The notes: generated by a model not told the origin, from the sequence alone. A stretch of 24,031 nt of DNA from a virus (IMGVR_UViG_3300020043_002604:1-24031), one strand, 5' to 3'. Shown: positions 16,701 to 24,031, counted from the stretch's first letter. A program made the numbers and translations.

Positions 16701-17195
16701 AAGAGGGTAAAAATAACCTAAACTATCCGAACTTGCAGTCCATGAAGCCCTTATATTGGCACCCGACCATACATGGTTCAACTCCGACCACTCTAAATCT
16801 GTAAGGTATTTTTCCCCTAATGCTTTAAAAAAGTTATCATTGTCGGCATAAATAACCACTTCATATTCGGTCTTATCCTTAAACTTATCTACATATACAA
16901 ATCGTAATTGTAAATACCCCTCTAATACCATTACACCATCTACTAATACCCATGCCCTCGTCTTTTTATTAGGGTCAAATTGGGTAGATGATGCTAAATC
17001 AGCAATGTCCCCAAATAATTGTCTATTTTTTTTAGTTTCGGGTATTTTAATTGTCTTTGAATAAGACGAATTACGGGCGTTTATATCGGTTAAGTCTGCA
17101 ATGTTATAATTTAGAGATATAGGTTCGCTTTGGTAAGTATCCAAATAGTTTCTTTCCCCATTAACATTAACTATTATTTCAAATCTGGTATTCAT
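13755..17195 (-). CDS. large tail-tip (hub/central fibre-like) protein
   Basis: 1146 aa; N-terminal 'LDTYQSEPISLNYNIADL...SSYSKTIKIP', 'FLSSLIKMFNLYI...IEPRDDYY', 'YYKVNKIVNYDP...VELIK'; C-terminal G-x-x-N beta-roll repeats. Confidence 0.75.
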   Translation of the reverse strand: MNTRFEIIVNVNGERNYLDTYQSEPISLNYNIADLTDINARNSSYSKTIKIPETKKNRQLFGDIADLASSTQFDPNKKTRAWVLVDGVMVLEGYLQLRFVYVDKFKDKTEYEVVIYADNDNFFKALGEKYLTDLEWSELNHVWSGANIRASWTASSDSLGYFYPLIDYGKDYDYNNIGRIPVGVNPISNGIPANHFFPATNVKYMVDKIFQDAGYTYESNFLNSSVFKKLYIPFSGQVMSNPTDGDNLFSAGRLTAVSFSTQYAASNVVIGNPGASNYVLPYPTSMVPPGNIDYNYVVRPYDWGVYRLPFNSEAAPNGDPNGVYNTLTYNFRAPSTGLIRSMKFVCNFDIQLQFGIDIAEGIDPIDPNVINTPLITYNTNPLHGPPASPANWIAFRRSFNAAGQPAANRFLPVNGVAGRIPLGSPLIKNLELLDPITIDVYEENNNPSPNITQVVRYRRVRGTIESDFLSGASGFVNNYRLSNNEDVWVEIKLGIDSGEYREQINLQNGIGVGWGGNGNGYFIGPNIISANAIQGTQQRPNVPPGLPLGTFSSSLRFYNNVQEILLLGDVIDYNQIIPKQIKNKDFLSSLIKMFNLYIEPSKTLERVLRIEPRDDYYANGEIKDWTGKVDLTTPIKEQILAETQNREIRLKYREDTDWFNQDYLKKQNISFGEYRKIIDNEFNSGIKSIEPIFSPTPLDLMPNSQRIIIPKIGKLNNEVFEGTDINIRILTRYEPNQTSTWLFGGLTTSVSPNFPDYAVITSQGIAPQRIHAFNVGDVLSINQTDGGITYPTLQGTFEVLEVINNRTIVISLTPRPTWVGYVSGNATPLPGVVGSDKWYFLDGPTFREVNYYPYLGHFSHPRRPNYDLNFGQAVGYYHPLETITSNTLYNTYWSGFINEITDKDSRIITIDANLTANDINEFSFSDNIHIAGQYYKVNKIVNYDPVSGRPCKVELIKSKTTQIPKPELGFGGVFGRYEAPGPERQPSVLDYPSSVNSLTTARDNNISRADVIIAGRDNEVAGNRSLVIGSRNQIYSDQNIVFGNNNLVSNLTNGNMVLGSGNTIDMGVQNSLVIGNGLTIQSSNTLGFGGVIVAFSNYIQSGKNEVLSPFTMKPPNYIEAGKNAIINFGSQDPVNYIQGNFYQRED

Positions 17196-17197
17196 AA

Positions 17198-18766
17198 TTA
17201 TTCATTTTGTAAATTGGTGGTGTAAGCCATTTTATATTGTAAGGTTATATTATACATTTTCTTCCTCATTGTATTTTGAACCTCGTAAGATGTATTTTGG
17301 ATGTTAATGGGTGCTATTCTACCCGTAAAGTCTTGATAAACATTTGTATTACCCCCACTATAGGTTCCATTTATAATTACATATGCTTCTGTAGATGTAA
17401 ATAAACTCTCTAACCATTTACTTTCAATGTCGGTAATCCAATTACTTTTAACTTCATATGTAGTTTCGGCTTCCGTCATTAGATTACTTACACCTCTTTC
17501 TGCTTGAGTGTAAATCTTACCATAAGTATAATCAACATCAAGAGTTCTAATCCATGTGTCCCTTTTAATTGAGAGGGTCTTTTTATTATCCTTTGTAAAT
17601 GTAAAGTAATCCCACCCACCTAATCTGTTTAACCATAAGATTGTAGTGGGTTCATAATTATCAAATCCTTGAACGCTTATATAACAATTATCCACTAACT
17701 TATACCTCATAACTACCGATTGTGTAGCAACACCACTTTTTACACAGACATCATAATAACTTATATTGGGGTCTGTAAAATCAATTAAACCTAGACCAAA
17801 TTGGTCGGTTATATTTTGGGGACCCACACCCAAATCTAATCTTCTAAATCTATTAAGTGTAGATAGAACTATACTGAAACCAGTTAGATTTGTCCCATCT
17901 TCAGCATAAACATTTATAGTTGCATAAGATGCTGTAAATGTATTACATAACATTGAAATGGTCTCATAAGAATGTAGCCCATTTGTTAAACCCCTTATAA
18001 CGGGTTTAGGTGTATTGTAATCCCAATCGGTTAGAAACAAAGCGGGAGATGCTGTATAACCCATTATGTATTGGGTATAATCTTTATCCAACTCCCAATA
18101 CTGGCGTGTTCCGTTAAATGTGTATCTTGAGGATGTAGTTGCAGAAATCCTTTGTAAATTGGTAATTACACCACTTTCATTTGTGCTCGCCACACCAAAG
18201 GGTATGTCTAATATAATTTGTGTAGCACTTTGAGTTCCAATAACACTCGCAGTTCCATCATAACTCGGGTTAATAAACTTATTTGTCTTATCAATTGTTA
18301 TAAGGTCTCCCGCTATCAAACCCGGTGCTTGAGAGAAACTTAAACCCAAATTACCTAAATAGTTATAGCATTGACTAAAAGTTAAATTAGGGTTATATTC
18401 AAACCCATATTTTAACCTATATTCAAAATAATTATCAAGAATACCCGCATTTTGACCTATATTACCTACAAATCCACTAATCCAACCCTTTTGAAATGGG
18501 GATGGGTAAAATTGAAAGTAAGATTGTAGTATTTTATGGGGTGTAAAGAAACCATTACCTACAATTGGTCGGGGTGGAACCTTATAAATGGTCGTATTCT
18601 CTATGTATTGGTTAGTATCAAATGGTTCGTTTCTCCATTGAACCTTGAAAATGTATTTAAAATCATTTTCATTTGATGCTGTTGATGAGGTTTCAAACCA
18701 TAGTTCTCTATTTACTGGTTCAATATAGTCGGGTATTCGGTCTAAATTGATGCTTGGGATTGGCAT
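17198..18766 (-). CDS. tail protein (distal-tail-like)
   Basis: 522 aa; C-terminal 'WLNRLGGWDYFTF...SNWITD...WLESLFTS' motif typical of Bacteroidota phage tail proteins; adjacent to the hub protein. Confidence 0.7.
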   Translation of the reverse strand: MPIPSINLDRIPDYIEPVNRELWFETSSTASNENDFKYIFKVQWRNEPFDTNQYIENTTIYKVPPRPIVGNGFFTPHKILQSYFQFYPSPFQKGWISGFVGNIGQNAGILDNYFEYRLKYGFEYNPNLTFSQCYNYLGNLGLSFSQAPGLIAGDLITIDKTNKFINPSYDGTASVIGTQSATQIILDIPFGVASTNESGVITNLQRISATTSSRYTFNGTRQYWELDKDYTQYIMGYTASPALFLTDWDYNTPKPVIRGLTNGLHSYETISMLCNTFTASYATINVYAEDGTNLTGFSIVLSTLNRFRRLDLGVGPQNITDQFGLGLIDFTDPNISYYDVCVKSGVATQSVVMRYKLVDNCYISVQGFDNYEPTTILWLNRLGGWDYFTFTKDNKKTLSIKRDTWIRTLDVDYTYGKIYTQAERGVSNLMTEAETTYEVKSNWITDIESKWLESLFTSTEAYVIINGTYSGGNTNVYQDFTGRIAPINIQNTSYEVQNTMRKKMYNITLQYKMAYTTNLQNE

Positions 18767-18791
18767 GTTCTATACTTTTTTTTGTAATTAA

Positions 18792-18817
18792 TAATATATT
18801 TATTATATTATTTTCTA
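18792..18817 (-). promoter_or_regulatory. candidate late promoter motif, copy 4
   Basis: Minus strand TAGAAAAT-N11-TATATTA upstream of the tail-tip genes. Confidence 0.55.
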
Positions 18818-18838
18818 ACCAAATTACCTAAAAAAGCA

Positions 18839-19129
18839 TTAAGAAATTAATTTACCTTTACTACCCAATTCCCTAATTACCTCAACATTGTCGTCATAAT
18901 GTCTGTCTATACCGAGTTCTATAACCTTTTCTACCTTTGCTTTATTACTCCCCGTAGCATAAACCCTACTATGGGGTATTTTTAACTTATCTGCAATTCT
19001 ATAAATGGGGGTGGGGTTTGACCTTGCACTTATAATATAAACATCATCACCCCTCTCCATTAGTTCCAATGCAAGTAGTTGAACCCTAATTTGGGTTATT
19101 GTATTATCAAAGTCAAATGAGATTTTCAT
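18839..19129 (-). CDS. minimal HAD-superfamily phosphatase-like protein (96 aa)
   Basis: Motif I 'SFDFDNT', motif II 'IISAR', motif III Lys, motif IV 'HYDDN'; no cap domain. Confidence 0.75.
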   Translation of the reverse strand: MKISFDFDNTITQIRVQLLALELMERGDDVYIISARSNPTPIYRIADKLKIPHSRVYATGSNKAKVEKVIELGIDRHYDDNVEVIRELGSKGKLIS

Positions 19130-19140
19130 AGTTAATTATT

Positions 19141-19677
19141 TTATCTTAATGTCCCCATAACTAAATAGTTATAGACTATGTCTTCAATGTCTTCTCTTGC
19201 TGCTTTAGCAATAAAGTCCTCTTTGTTTCTAAATATATTTCTTAATGTATCCGTAATTTGTGATACGGGTTTAATACCCTTTTTACCAATTGACTTTGCT
19301 ATAATAATTGCTGTAGTCTTTTGACTTTTACCTTGAAATACTATACCCCGTCTTTGTATCCATGGTATTAGTGCTCTATAAGGTGGGGGTTTAGCACCCG
19401 CTCTTCTACCTTTTGCAACATATTCTAAATAAAAATCACTATAAAGGTTAAGTATAAGTTTATCTACTTCGGGTAATACCTCCCATCCTAAACTACGAAG
19501 TAGATTACCACTTGCTACCTTATTTTCGTCCTTAAGTATTCTACCAATTTTTTCAACATAGTCCTCTCCTAATGCGTTTAAAGCATCCCAAAGTTTAAGG
19601 TCTTTTAGTTCGGTCTTACCAAAATCTAAAAGTTCTCTTTGATTACGAAACCCTCCTCTAATTGGTGTAGGTGGCAT
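19141..19677 (-). CDS. HK97 gp10-like neck/tail-completion protein
   Basis: Basic 178 aa; 'ASGNLLRSL', 'YLEYVAKGRRAG', 'IAKSIGKKGIKP'. Confidence 0.65.
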   Translation of the reverse strand: MPPTPIRGGFRNQRELLDFGKTELKDLKLWDALNALGEDYVEKIGRILKDENKVASGNLLRSLGWEVLPEVDKLILNLYSDFYLEYVAKGRRAGAKPPPYRALIPWIQRRGIVFQGKSQKTTAIIIAKSIGKKGIKPVSQITDTLRNIFRNKEDFIAKAAREDIEDIVYNYLVMGTLR

Positions 19678-20156
19678 TATTCTTTATCAATTCTTTTTAT
19701 TATCATTTCAACCCATCTATACATGTCGTCCCCACCCCATAATAACCATGAGGTATAACCATTATCTTTCCATGGTGTCCCCTTAAACTCGGGACTAATA
19801 GTTCTATTATTAATGTGTCGGTCAAAGAATGCTTTTATTCTTCTAATTGTATCTACACTCAAGTTCTCTCCATTTGCGATTTGGTTAGCACGGGTTAAAC
19901 CTACACGGGTTCCCGCTTTAACCATATCTCTACCATACTTATCAATCCAATCAAGTGCTCGTTTAGCATTGTCTCTTGCCCCTTTTGGGTAATCATTATA
20001 GGTTTCTTGAAGTTCAATACCCTCTCCAATAGATTTACTAATGGCAATTGCTTGCCTTATAGCAAGTTCTTTACCATTACTTTGGGTATAACATGTTCCC
20101 TCTTCACCCCATTTCCACCCACTTTTACCATTTAGTTCGCATCGTTTAAGAGGCAT
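19677..20156 (-). CDS. conserved phage protein of unknown function (159 aa from MPLKRC)
   Basis: 'GWKWGEEGTCY' N-terminus, then 'YNDYPKGARDNAKRAL...RANQIANGENLSVDTIRR...WLLWGG' domain; ATG at 20156 preferred over 20165. Confidence 0.7.
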   Translation of the reverse strand: MPLKRCELNGKSGWKWGEEGTCYTQSNGKELAIRQAIAISKSIGEGIELQETYNDYPKGARDNAKRALDWIDKYGRDMVKAGTRVGLTRANQIANGENLSVDTIRRIKAFFDRHINNRTISPEFKGTPWKDNGYTSWLLWGGDDMYRWVEMIIKRIDKE

Positions 20157-20331
20157 TATCGTCAATTATATTTTCGTCCAAATACCAATTTGGATAATTT
20201 TTTCTACAATACTCGTCCTTCTCTTCAAAAGAAGAGAATACTATGTAATTAATACCATCGTAGAGATTTGGGTAATTCAACCATTTTGGGTCAAGTGGCA
20301 CACCATAATTATTATGTTCTACATATATCAT
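20146..20331 (-). CDS. small hypothetical protein (61 aa)
   Basis: Fills the gap after the collagen-fusion gene; ATG with A-rich leader. Confidence 0.55.
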   Translation of the reverse strand: MIYVEHNNYGVPLDPKWLNYPNLYDGINYIVFSSFEEKDEYCRKNYPNWYLDENIIDDNAS

Positions 20332-20349
20332 AAATGTAAGTAATTTTTT

Positions 20350-22287
20350 TTAGGTAGGTCTTGATACTTTAAACACCACACATTCTACATTTAAACTATC
20401 TGCCGTTCCACTTACCAAAGTTCCCGTAATGTGTATATATTGTGTTTGGGTCCAATCTATATTACCTTGAACAAAGTTCGCTGTAGCATAACCATCATAC
20501 ATTAGGTAATCAAGTGCCGACCTTAATATAAACCCTTGAGTATTAGTAGCACTTCTAACCCAAAAGTTTCTCCTCATTACAAATGTAAGAACAGCAGAAC
20601 CCACCGCTGTAGTATGGTTAATATAAGCAACCGCTCCACTTATACTCGCACTTTGAGTTCCAATATAAAGTCGGTTTCTGTATGTGTTCGCACTCCCCGC
20701 TTTTCTAAATTGGTATTCAAGTTCCATATAGTCCCCTACTTGAATTGTGTTAGCGGGTATTGTAAGAGTGGTTAAGATTGTCTCTGAAGTAGTCCCCGTG
20801 ATTGTTCCCCCCACTATATTAGTTAATACAAATGGGACACCTCCACCGGGTCCGGTAGGTCCTTGAGGTCCCGTAGCACCTTGACTACCCGTTGCACCAA
20901 TTTGACCCGTAGCACCTTGAAACCCTTGAGGACCTTGAACTCCTTGAACCCCTTGCACCCCTTGAGGTCCAATTGGTCCCGTAGCACCTTGAGGACCCGT
21001 ATTACCGGTATTACCTTGAGGACCTTGAACCCCTTGAACCCCTTGAGGACCAATAGGTCCCGTAGGACCTTGAAATCCTTGATTACCTTGATTACCTTGA
21101 GGACCAATTGGACCCGTTGCACCTTGAGGTCCCGTATTACCCGTTGCACCTTGAGGTCCCGTAGCACCTTGACTACCCGTAGGACCCAATTGTAAATACA
21201 TTACTTGCTGTGCTGTAAAAATTGCTGATGGTGTATCGGGTGTATCGGGTGTAGTCCCCGCGGGTATTGCTTGCATAAAAGCATCAATGCTCTCGGTTTG
21301 CCACATTAACTGAATTCGGTCTTGTGCTTGGCAAGTAAGCATAAAGTTAATAGCGGGAACCAATGTTCCGTCTCCACCCGCATGACTTTTTTGAATGGTA
21401 AATTGTGAGTTAGACCATGGTAAATCATTATTATTTTGTCTAAACCAAATGTTAAATATAATGTCTTGGTTTGCAGGGTTAATAAATTGTAAGGAAAATT
21501 GAAAATTGTAAGTTCCCGTGTGGTTTATCCTAATAATTGTTGGTTCTCCATTTACATCATTTTCCAATCCAATACCATTTGCCTCATCTAACGCATCAAA
21601 CTTAACCGCATAACTTTGAGTAGTTGATGTAGCATTTTGGTCTCTTTCACTATGTGCTACTAAATAATAACCTAATGCACCCCCCGCACCGGTAGGTCCT
21701 TCTACACCTTGAGGACCCGTAGGACCTTGAGGACCAATTGGACCCGTAGGACCTTGAGGTCCCTCCAATCTATACCTAATAATACTATTTTCTAACTCTA
21801 CATCATAACTTATAATGGGTTCAATAGGACTATTACATGGGGTAATTCTTTGTGGGTGTGATAAAGTTATTTCGCAAGACCATCCATTTACATTGTCGTC
21901 TGTTGCTTCAACTACGGGTGTAAAAATTACATCTCCAAATATATTTAAATTATTATCTACATAATAACGGGTTTGAGAAATCTCTTGAACTAAAGTATCC
22001 AAAATGTAATGGCAATCACTCATTAATTGGTCATAGTTAATGTCCCCCATATTGATTTTATCCATTACAAATAAGGTAAAGGTATGCTGTATTTCTTTAT
22101 ACCCATTAATACCCCCAATAGTAGATGATTGAGTATTTTCAACCCATAAGTAAGGGAAACGCATTTGTCTGCTTGCCCCAATGTTATAGGACGGACCATA
22201 ACCAAAATCGTTTAACATCTCATGCCTAATAGAGAAGTCTCTAAAGATGTTAATAATTTTATTTAATGATAATGTATTTGTAGCCAT
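20350..22287 (-). CDS. tail terminator-like domain fused to collagen repeats and two globular beta domains (645 aa)
   Basis: N-terminal ~160 aa ('FPYLWV...FTLFVMD...SDCHYIL...[10 protein letters not shown]...PCNSP') resembles tail-completion proteins; then 9 Gly-X-Y, a beta domain, 38 Gly-X-Y and a second beta domain. Confidence 0.7.
   Translation of the reverse strand: MATNTLSLNKIINIFRDFSIRHEMLNDFGYGPSYNIGASRQMRFPYLWVENTQSSTIGGINGYKEIQHTFTLFVMDKINMGDINYDQLMSDCHYILDTLVQEISQTRYYVDNNLNIFGDVIFTPVVEATDDNVNGWSCEITLSHPQRITPCNSPIEPIISYDVELENSIIRYRLEGPQGPTGPIGPQGPTGPQGVEGPTGAGGALGYYLVAHSERDQNATSTTQSYAVKFDALDEANGIGLENDVNGEPTIIRINHTGTYNFQFSLQFINPANQDIIFNIWFRQNNNDLPWSNSQFTIQKSHAGGDGTLVPAINFMLTCQAQDRIQLMWQTESIDAFMQAIPAGTTPDTPDTPSAIFTAQQVMYLQLGPTGSQGATGPQGATGNTGPQGATGPIGPQGNQGNQGFQGPTGPIGPQGVQGVQGPQGNTGNTGPQGATGPIGPQGVQGVQGVQGPQGFQGATGQIGATGSQGATGPQGPTGPGGGVPFVLTNIVGGTITGTTSETILTTLTIPANTIQVGDYMELEYQFRKAGSANTYRNRLYIGTQSASISGAVAYINHTTAVGSAVLTFVMRRNFWVRSATNTQGFILRSALDYLMYDGYATANFVQGNIDWTQTQYIHITGTLVSGTADSLNVECVVFKVSRPT
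20845..21186 (-). repeat. collagen-like Gly-X-Y repeat, 38 triplets
   Basis: Uninterrupted [18 protein letters not shown] triplets; 9-nt periodic DNA. Confidence 0.95.
21682..21762 (-). repeat. collagen-like Gly-X-Y repeat, 9 triplets
   Basis: [27 protein letters not shown]. Confidence 0.9.
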
Positions 22288-22289
22288 TT

Positions 22290-22568
22290 TTATTTATATC
22301 TTTGTTGATTTTGTCTTGAGTTTATACTTTCTATGTAGGTGTCCCTTTCTTTCCAATAACTAATTAGGTTTAAACATTCAATATAGTTCTTTTCATATAT
22401 CTCATCAAACTTTGTTATGTCCCCACCCGCTAACCTTTCAATCATAGCGAACCAATTCCACCTACCATCTAACTCGTAGTCTCCGGGTCTCCAATCTCTA
22501 CCATCTCCTTTTGTTCTATTTTCAAATAGTCCTCGGTATTCCCTTTGGATGTATTGTTCATAATTGAA
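22290..22568 (-). CDS. -1 frame extension (T part) of the tail assembly chaperone
   Basis: Not in the track. Open frame of 92 codons: [92 protein letters not shown], stopping 2 nt before the next ATG. Confidence 0.8.
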   Translation of the reverse strand, partial: FNYEQYIQREYRGLFENRTKGDGRDWRPGDYELDGRWNWFAMIERLAGGDITKFDEIYEKNYIECLNLISYWKERDTYIESINSRQNQQRYK

Positions 22569-23137
22569 AAAAAAAGTAGGGGACTTACCATTTTAAGTGC
22601 GGGTTGCTTAAGTAGTAGATTTTTTCTCCATTCAAGATTTTCAACCTTAAAAGGTTCTCTTTGTAAAGTCCATTCCTTCTTTTCTGCGTCCCATACTTTT
22701 GTAGATGGTCTCCACAAAATTGCTAATACCCATGGTGCTGCGTCCCATGCATTAGTATTACCTTGCTGATATGTCTTAATACTTACGAACTCTCCAATAC
22801 TTAACTTTTTAAAGTCGTCGGGACTTGAATAAACTACCCCATCTATATCAAACTCTTTGTCTTTACTAAATGTAGGTATGTCTTTAATAAAAAGCACCTT
22901 ACCACTTAACTCATTAACCATGTCTAAATCCATCTCGTCCAAATCCCCTTCTTCTACTGGTGTCCCATCCTCCTTTTTTGAAAGGTATTCAAGTAGTTTA
23001 AGTAGGTAAAGTTCGTCAAAAGCAATTTCTCCCCTTTGTTCCTCCATTTTAGCAATCTTAATATAAGTTTCTAAATCTACCTCGTCCCATGAGGTTATAA
23101 ACTTAAAGTTCTTTTCTCCAATTTTAAAATCAAACAT
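22469..23137 (-). CDS. tail assembly chaperone (G part)
   Basis: 222 aa, 'TSWDEVDLETY', 'LSIGEFVSI', 'LAILWRP', with a U9 slippery run at LFF (residues 188-190). Confidence 0.75.
   Translation of the reverse strand: MFDFKIGEKNFKFITSWDEVDLETYIKIAKMEEQRGEIAFDELYLLKLLEYLSKKEDGTPVEEGDLDEMDLDMVNELSGKVLFIKDIPTFSKDKEFDIDGVVYSSPDDFKKLSIGEFVSIKTYQQGNTNAWDAAPWVLAILWRPSTKVWDAEKKEWTLQREPFKVENLEWRKNLLLKQPALKMVSPLLFFSIMNNTSKGNTEDYLKIEQKEMVEIGDPETTS
22567..22575 (-). other. programmed -1 frameshift slippery site (C-UU UUU UUU U-CA)
   Basis: Nine A on the + strand; the -1 frame has a stop a few codons upstream and is open for 92 codons downstream. Confidence 0.75.
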
Positions 23138-23163
23138 AAATCTTTTTTATTATTTATATATTA

Positions 23164-23189
23164 CAATATAGATTTGACACATTTTTCTA
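23164..23189 (-). promoter_or_regulatory. candidate late promoter motif, copy 5
   Basis: Minus strand TAGAAAAA-N11-TATATTG; the TAG is the terminase stop codon. Confidence 0.55.
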
Positions 23190-24031
23190 ATACCTAATCC
23201 GTAAAAAATTAGGGTTAGATTTTTTATTTTTCAATTTCCAATAATGTATAGCATATCTCATAGCATCTACCCCGTGGTCATGTATCTTAACGGGTTCATC
23301 AAGTATAATGTCCCCATTAGATTTCCACTTATAACTACTTAACTCTTTAATTAGGTTAATAGAAACCTTATCAATCCATAATTGTGTTGATTTTACACTA
23401 TCAATACCATCCTTAATGTCTTTAATAGCGGGTTTAACATTATAACCAGACCTTCTCATGTCCTCTATTATTTCGGGTCTTGCCGTATCACATACCAATT
23501 CCTTCTTTTTACTTATACCTAACTCCCCTAATCTCCTAATTAAGTCGCCCGAGGTTAAATTGGTTTCATAAAGTAGTTCTTTAACTAAACACCCCCCATC
23601 TCCAAATCTACATTCAACCAAAGCAGATGGGCTATTATAACCAAAGTCAAGTCCATAAACTACCTCGTCCTCTTTAAACTCCCCCTCAAAATACTTCCAA
23701 TGGGTATAAATAGTAGTTCTACCCGTGCTTCTTTCCCCTAAAGCGTAAATCCTATAATAACCCTCATCTACATTAATAAGGTATTCAATTTCCCTTATTT
23801 GGGATTGTTCTAAAAAGGGGTTATTTTTATAGGTTGAGTGTATAACTTTACATTCATCTCTAACCATAAGTTCATATAACCAATGGTAATTATCAGATGG
23901 GTTAAAGTCAAAAAATAACTTACTCGTAGTTCTAATGTTTAATTGGTTGAACTCTTCAAAATTAAGTTCATTCGCTTCATTAGCCCACAATATATCTCTT
24001 CTTCTACCCCTTAATTTTTGTTCGTCATCAA
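23187..24031 (-). CDS. terL: terminase large subunit, PBSX family (5'-truncated)
   Basis: Frame open to the window edge: ...DDEQKLRGRRRDILWANEANE (Walker B), 'DFNP', 'STYKNNPFL', 'YALGE', nuclease motifs 'GLDFGY', 'DHGVDAMRY'. Confidence 0.95.
   Translation of the reverse strand, partial: DDEQKLRGRRRDILWANEANELNFEEFNQLNIRTTSKLFFDFNPSDNYHWLYELMVRDECKVIHSTYKNNPFLEQSQIREIEYLINVDEGYYRIYALGERSTGRTTIYTHWKYFEGEFKEDEVVYGLDFGYNSPSALVECRFGDGGCLVKELLYETNLTSGDLIRRLGELGISKKKELVCDTARPEIIEDMRRSGYNVKPAIKDIKDGIDSVKSTQLWIDKVSINLIKELSSYKWKSNGDIILDEPVKIHDHGVDAMRYAIHYWKLKNKKSNPNFLRIRY

Noticed and set aside
13180-20820. Diversity-generating retroelement or invertible tail-fibre cassette
   Set aside because: I saw no reverse transcriptase, recombinase, TR/VR pair or flanking inverted sites in the window.
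3773-22769. Other + strand ORFs (3773, 7115, 8176, 9823, 12221, 12285, 15016, 20536, 20863, 22545) and 20823-21167(-)
   Set aside because: Nested antisense or off-frame within well-supported genes, with composition typical of shadow ORFs. The 20.8-21.2 kb ones arise from the collagen repeat periodicity.
13755-23189. TAG stop-codon reassignment, since several genes end in TAG
   Set aside because: Genes are full-length and tightly packed under code 11, and reading through the terminase TAG meets a TAA about ten codons later.
1-24031. tRNA, rRNA, integrase, transposase or intron/intein
   Set aside because: Intergenic gaps are short and explained by promoters or terminators, and the visible terminase, portal and MCP show no insertions. 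A tRNAscan/Infernal run would be needed for certainty.

Overview
AT-rich segment of a tailed dsDNA phage, most likely a siphovirus (long tape measure, G/GT tail chaperone, no sheath gene). The host is probably in Bacteroidota, judged from TAnnTTTG/-33 TTG promoters and A-rich leaders without Shine-Dalgarno sites. Almost everything is on the minus strand. In transcription order: PBSX-type terminase large subunit (5'-truncated), tail assembly chaperone with a -1 frameshift extension, tail-terminator-like protein fused to collagen fibre segments, small accessory genes, HK97 gp10-like neck protein, two tail-tip proteins, tape measure, XkdF-like prohead protease, an antisense PD-(D/E)XK nuclease, scaffold, major capsid and major tail protein. 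Next comes a ~3 kb island (3317-6468) bounded by two terminators, containing 9 small genes plus a possible micro-ORF. Six of its units start at a repeated host-type promoter/leader cassette (13-bp core x6, 39-bp repeat x3). After the island come a conserved virion gene, portal, head-tail adaptor and small membrane proteins. Main points: (1) the promoter-cassette array with mosaic, apparently recombined repeats and acidic mimic-like proteins; (2) a candidate late promoter TAGAAAA(A)-N11/12-TATATT(A/G) seen five times; (3) strong enrichment of T-[A/Q]-S motifs in exposed virion proteins; (4) a U9 frameshift site; (5) a reversed-order MuF-like Zn motif on the protease. All product calls come from motif recognition and synteny, not database searches.
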